Shown: positions 59,546-64,000 of the stretch, piece by piece | Position numbering within the stretch: the first letter of the stretch is position 1 | How the letters are laid out: every line of letters begins with the position of its first letter | NCBI GenBank assembly: GCA_016618085.1 | Contig: JABLTG010000014.1 | Location: 1 to 64,000 of the forward strand | Direction of reading: 5' to 3' | Source of the DNA: Neovahlkampfia damariscottae | Lineage: Eukaryota | Length of the DNA stretch: 64,000 nt | The notes under the pieces: generated by a model | The model's input: the letters and a program-made list of their open reading frames with translations, nothing else | Told to the model about the DNA's origin: nothing | Databases searched by the model: none | Made by a program: the position numbers and the translations under genes

Positions 59546-61177
59546 TTATTGTTTTGACACATCATTTGGTTCACTTTTTGAGATATCTTTTCTGATTGAA
59601 TTGAAGAAAGATCCTCTCTTTTTTGATTTTTGTACTAAAGGTGAGTCTGGAGGAACCACAAATTTTTGATCTTTCTCTTGATTTTTATAAAATGATTGTG
59701 ATTTAAAAACACTAATTGAATTTCTCCAATTTTTAATATCTTTCACTGAGAACTTTTTCTTTTCTGTTTGACTTAAAGGTGATTTTGGTGATGGAATTTC
59801 TTTAACTTCAACATCTTTAATTTCACTTTCATCCATGAAATTTATGGATTGAATTGCATCTTGATATCCATTATCTGCAGCAAGTTTAAACCATTCTTTT
59901 GCTTTCACATAACTTTCTTCAACACCCACTCCACTTAAATAACATGAACCAAGTTTATTTTGAGCTATTGAATATCCTTTCTTTGCTGATTTTTCAAACC
60001 AATCACAAGCTATATTCCTATCTTTTTCAAAAACATGACCCATATAATAACAATAACCAATATTATATTCAGAAATAGTAAATCCTTCATCTGCTGATTT
60101 TTGAAAATATTTTACAGCTAATTTTCTATTCACTTTAATATCAAGATCTGAATCTCCTGTATAATATATACTCCCTAATTTATTAAGTGCATAATTATTC
60201 CCAGATTCAGATGATTTTTGATAATATTTTACAGCCATTTCATTATTCTTTAATAATAAAAATGCTTCTCCAATTGAAAATTCATCCATATCTGAATATG
60301 GTTTTAAATATTTTGTAACAAAATTCAATATTTTCTTTGATTCTTCAATTTTTTTTAATTTTGATAAACATTCAGCTTTTAAAACTAAAATTGAAATGTT
60401 TAAAGGATATATTTCCAATGCTTGATTTGTAAATACCAATGTTTTTGAATAATCATTTTTTCTATTCATATATTGAAGATCAAATTGTTCAAGTAGTATT
60501 GATGGTATTCCATATTCAATTTCAAAATTTGATTTTTTTAATGAATTTTTCATTGATGATAATGTCTTTTGAAATGAATCTTCAAAATTCATTCGAACAG
60601 AATTAATATTTTCAGGTTTAATTACAGTGTTCTAGTTTTTGAAGGAAAAAATTAAAAAAAAAATTCTTACTTCGTCTTCTAAAAGACACTCTAAATAACT
60701 TTTGTGTTCTTTTAGTTTTTCTAACTTTTCTTGTTCAAAATTTTTTAAACTCTTTTCAAGTTCGATTAATAAATTTGAATAATGATTTGGAATTTCGTTC
60801 AGAATATTTTCAACATGTTCTAACTGATTTGAGATGAAAGTTTTGTTTTTTTTTGAAATGAATTCATAATTAAAAAATTTGCTGTTGAGTGTTTTAAAGT
60901 TGTGGTTTTGATGTTTTTCAGAGCATAAAGAACAAAATAGCACTTGACAAGATTCGCAAAAATTTCTGTTCTTTTCATTTTCATGTTCATTACAAGGTTT
61001 TAATTCTCTTGGAGAGTATTTGTTGAAAAATTCAAAAGTAACAAGGTTATGGCTTTTTTTATGGTTTTGGTGAATGAATTCGTGACATTTTTGACATAAA
61101 AGTTCGTCACAGTTGATGCAATAATGATCTGGTGGTTTTTCGCAAATTCCACAGTGTTCTTTTTCGACTGATGCCAT
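59546..61177 (-). CDS. Tandem B-box + coiled-coil + TPR/Sel1-repeat protein (2 exons; intron 60632-60670)
   Basis: CGIC..YCINCDELLCQKC..H..H; CNEH..FCESC..C..H..H; Sel1 repeats (AVKYFQKSADEG, AQNKLGSCYLSGVGV). Confidence 0.85.
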
Positions 61178-61490
61178 CAACCTAACGAAATACTTTTGAT
61201 TGGATGAATTATCGAACGATATTTGACATAAATGTGTTGAGTTGAAGTTTGTCTTCTTATATTGTTTAAATAAAAAATTTGAGTTGGATGAATCCACTTT
61301 CTTCACTGTGATAAATATCTTTGACACAAAACGATACTGATCAACATTAAACAGACTGCATCAATATTGAAGAAATAAGTTACAAGAACACTCATCAAAC
61401 TTCCATGTATATATCAAAAAAAATTGTTGAGGAGAATTTATTCAATCAAAATCTCCTGGCCAATCATTAAACACTTTGATCTTGACAAAC

Positions 61491-62612
61491 ATGGACGAAC
61501 AGCTTTTGAAAAAAAGTTTAGTGGCGGCCGTTTGTGATTTCCTTGAAGCAGAAAAGGAAGATTCACTTGGAGATACCATTTCAACATTAAAGTCTTCCAA
61601 GTTATATGACGAAAGATACAAACCATCTGATTCACTTTTAGAAATTTATCGTTCATATCATCAAAAAGCTACTCAAGAAACAAAAACAGGAGGAAATTTT
61701 CCTTACAACCTTGCTTTTGGAACAGTAAAAAAATCAGGAATATTTTTTATTTTTTAGGTCATTGAAATATTCAAACTATTAAAAGCTTCCGTCAAAGTAG
61801 AAGACCGTACATATTATTTAAAATCATATAAACAATGCTTTGTGGCTTCAGAGGCTATTGATGTAGTATCAATTGTATTAAAAGTGAAAGAATTAGCTTC
61901 AACAACAGAAGATTCAATTGAACTTCTCAATGTTTTTAAAAGACTTGGATTGATTGAACATGTTGTTGAAAAAGAAAAAAATGTCACAAATGAATACCTA
62001 TTTTACAAATTTACAAATGTGGAATTAGATGATACTGATTTAAAAGGTTGTGCAAAACAATTTGTAGAATTAGCATCCATTGGAGTAAACAGTAACATAA
62101 ATTTAAACTTTATTCAATAGAAACCAAATATTTACAAATTTAAAGCATTGGATATTGATAAAAATGAAATTGAAATGTCAAAATATAAAGGGAAAGTATT
62201 GGTCGTAACTAATGTGGCTTGTAAATGAGGTTTGACTCCACAAAACTATAAAGAGTTTGTGGAGTTATATTCAAAATACAAATCAGAAGGATTTGAAGTC
62301 TTGGCATTTCCAAGTAATTCATTCTTTCAAGAACCTGGTTCTAATGATGATATTAAACAATTTGTTGCATCATTTGGAGTTAAATTTTCAATGTTTGATA
62401 AAGTTGATGTAAATGGAAAGAATACTCATCCAATGTTCGAATTTTTAAAAAGGGAACTTCCAGATTCACTTTTAGGTCTTAAAACTGAAGCAATCAAATG
62501 GAATTTTACCAAATTTTTAATTAACAAAAATGGTGTTCCTGTTAAAAGATTTGGACCAAAAGAATCACCTTTTTCTTTTGAACAAGACATTGTTGAAGAA
62601 TTGAAAAAATAA
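61491..62612 (+). CDS. DEP-domain / glutathione peroxidase fusion selenoprotein (Sec UGA at 62226-62228); exons 61491-61724, 61758-62084, 62121-62612
   Basis: Both introns are phase 0. Exon 2: VEDRTYYLKSYKQCFVASEAID..GLIEHV..YLFYKF (DEP). Exon 3: YKGKVLVVTNVACK(TGA)GLT..LAFPSNSF.QEPG..KWNFTKFL (GPx). Confidence 0.9.
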
Positions 62613-62623
62613 AAAATGAAGAA

Positions 62624-62700
62624 TTTCAATTTCTATTGAATGAAGATATTTCAAGAAACAATAAAACTATTGTTTGAAATTATTTGAAAAATGATTGAAA
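62624..62700 (+). promoter_or_regulatory. Eukaryotic SECIS element (form 2)
   Basis: Helix I tttcaat/attgaaa; core ATGAA (62640)...TGAA (62685); helix II gatatttcaag/tttgaaattatt; unpaired AAA at 62656; apical mini-stem caata/tattg. Confidence 0.85.
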
Positions 62701-62727
62701 ATAAATAATTTGATATTTTTTTTACCT

Positions 62728-63450
62728 TCAACAAATGCATTTATTTGATTCTTCATCAGATTCACTTTCATCTGTTTCAATTTCTTCTTCTTCTTCTCCT
62801 TCATCAATTTGGTCTTCATTTTGATTATCTTCTGCGTTTTGAGTATTCCCTTCCATTCTTTTTTTCACTTTTTTGATTATTAAAATGATCAATTTCAATA
62901 AAAACTTAAAGAATGATTGTAAAAGTAAAATGAAAAATAAAATTAATAAAAGACAAGCAGAAGGATCATGAATTATCATAATGAAAGGGTTTTCGTCTGG
63001 TGATAGATATATCCTTTTTGAAATCATCAAAAATCAAAGCAAATTCAAACCATTCATTTTGATAACAAATTTTTGAATCTTTTATGTCTTTCATTCCATT
63101 TAAACAAGGTAAACAACGGTGTTGATAGCAATGCAAAGGGCCACAAAACGAAATTGGATTCGAGTCCTCCGAAGATGGTTCATATGGACAAGCAGAAAAA
63201 AAGAGAGGGTGGTTTTTAATTTCTGAACAAGTGGCATTATCTGTACAATATTCATTAATCTTACAAGTCAAATTTAAATCGAAGTCACCAGTCGTTCCAG
63301 GTTTGCAATCACCGCACTTTTTTCGTAATTTTGAGTTTTTGGTACCTTTGGTTGATTTGGATCTGAATCCACATAATATAAAATTTGATTTGGACACTCT
63401 AAACTGTAGCATAAATTCAAAACGAAAAAAATGAAAAAAATTGACGACAT
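62728..63450 (-). CDS. Hypothetical Cys-rich single-pass membrane protein (multi-exon)
   Basis: Hydrophobic N-terminus, Cys-rich ectodomain ORF, TM helix and acidic tail; exon boundaries uncertain. Confidence 0.5.
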
Positions 63451-63522
63451 GGTTTTTTGTATTCTTGATTTTTTTGTCTGATTTTATTGGTCGACTGTTG
63501 CACTTTTTTTTTTGAAGAAAAG

Positions 63523-64000
63523 ATGAACAAACCAACAATAAAATCTCACAAACAAGAAGGAGTTTTTATTATCAAGAATAATACGAATGATTACTTGGCT
63601 ACTTTGAATATTTCTCCTGGTTCTTCAGTTTATGGAGAAAAATTATTCTCCTTTGAAGATGTTGAATACCGAACATGGAATCCTTTTCGTTCTAAAATAG
63701 CAGCATCTATTTTAGGTGGGATTGAAAAAATTTCAATCAAACCTGGTTCAAAAGTGCTATATTTAGGTGCTGCTTCTGGAACAACAGTTTCTCATTGTTC
63801 CGATATTGTTGGTGCTGAAGGAACAATTTATGCTGTAGAATTTTCTCAAACAAAATTTCAAAACTTACAAGAATTGTCAAAAACAAGAACAAATATTGTT
63901 CCAATTCACAGTGATGCTCGAAAACCTAAGAATTATGGAAGTTTAAATGAATTGGTTGACGTTATTTGTATTGATGTTGATCAACCTGATCAAGAAAGAA
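63523..64000 (+). CDS. Fibrillarin-like rRNA 2'-O-methyltransferase (runs off window), lacking the GAR domain
   Basis: [56 protein letters not shown]. Confidence 0.9.
   Translation, partial: MNKPTIKSHKQEGVFIIKNNTNDYLATLNISPGSSVYGEKLFSFEDVEYRTWNPFRSKIAASILGGIEKISIKPGSKVLYLGAASGTTVSHCSDIVGAEGTIYAVEFSQTKFQNLQELSKTRTNIVPIHSDARKPKNYGSLNELVDVICIDVDQPDQER

Noticed and set aside
61178..61327. GTG-initiated N-terminal extension of the B-box gene
   Set aside because: Eukaryotic gene; the first ATG is at 61177 and the extension has no RING or other motif
62226..62228. TGA as a pseudogene stop or as an alternative genetic code (Trp)
   Set aside because: It sits exactly at the GPx catalytic site with a SECIS downstream; Trp is TGG throughout, and TGA terminates other genes (27382, 59097)

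Overview
Very AT-rich, extremely gene-dense eukaryotic (protist) nuclear DNA. It holds about 35 protein-coding genes split by tiny (~27-45 nt) GT-AG introns, has very short intergenic spacers, and has CCAAT boxes just upstream of many start codons. The gene content (7TM-RGS, villidin-like protein, several RGS paralogs) resembles a heterolobosean/discoban amoeba; this is inference, not verified. Housekeeping genes include actin, GGPP synthase, UTP6, CCT5, RAD21, a soluble pyrophosphatase, an amino-acid dehydrogenase and a fibrillarin-like gene. The standout is an apparently ORF-less kilobase at 7069-8056. It parses as 26 consecutive short introns separating 25 phase-0 micro-exons, 21 of them exactly one codon (AG|NNN|GT). 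This array sits in the loop between two ankyrin repeats of a small protein, so it is a candidate codon-by-codon splicing diversification system. Also notable: a DEP-domain/glutathione peroxidase selenoprotein (in-frame UGA plus SECIS), a degenerate 5S rRNA copy, a nucleotidyltransferase/RNA-ligase-like fusion, pseudo-enzymes, and three secreted hyper-basic proteins. All gene models were built by eye without transcript data.
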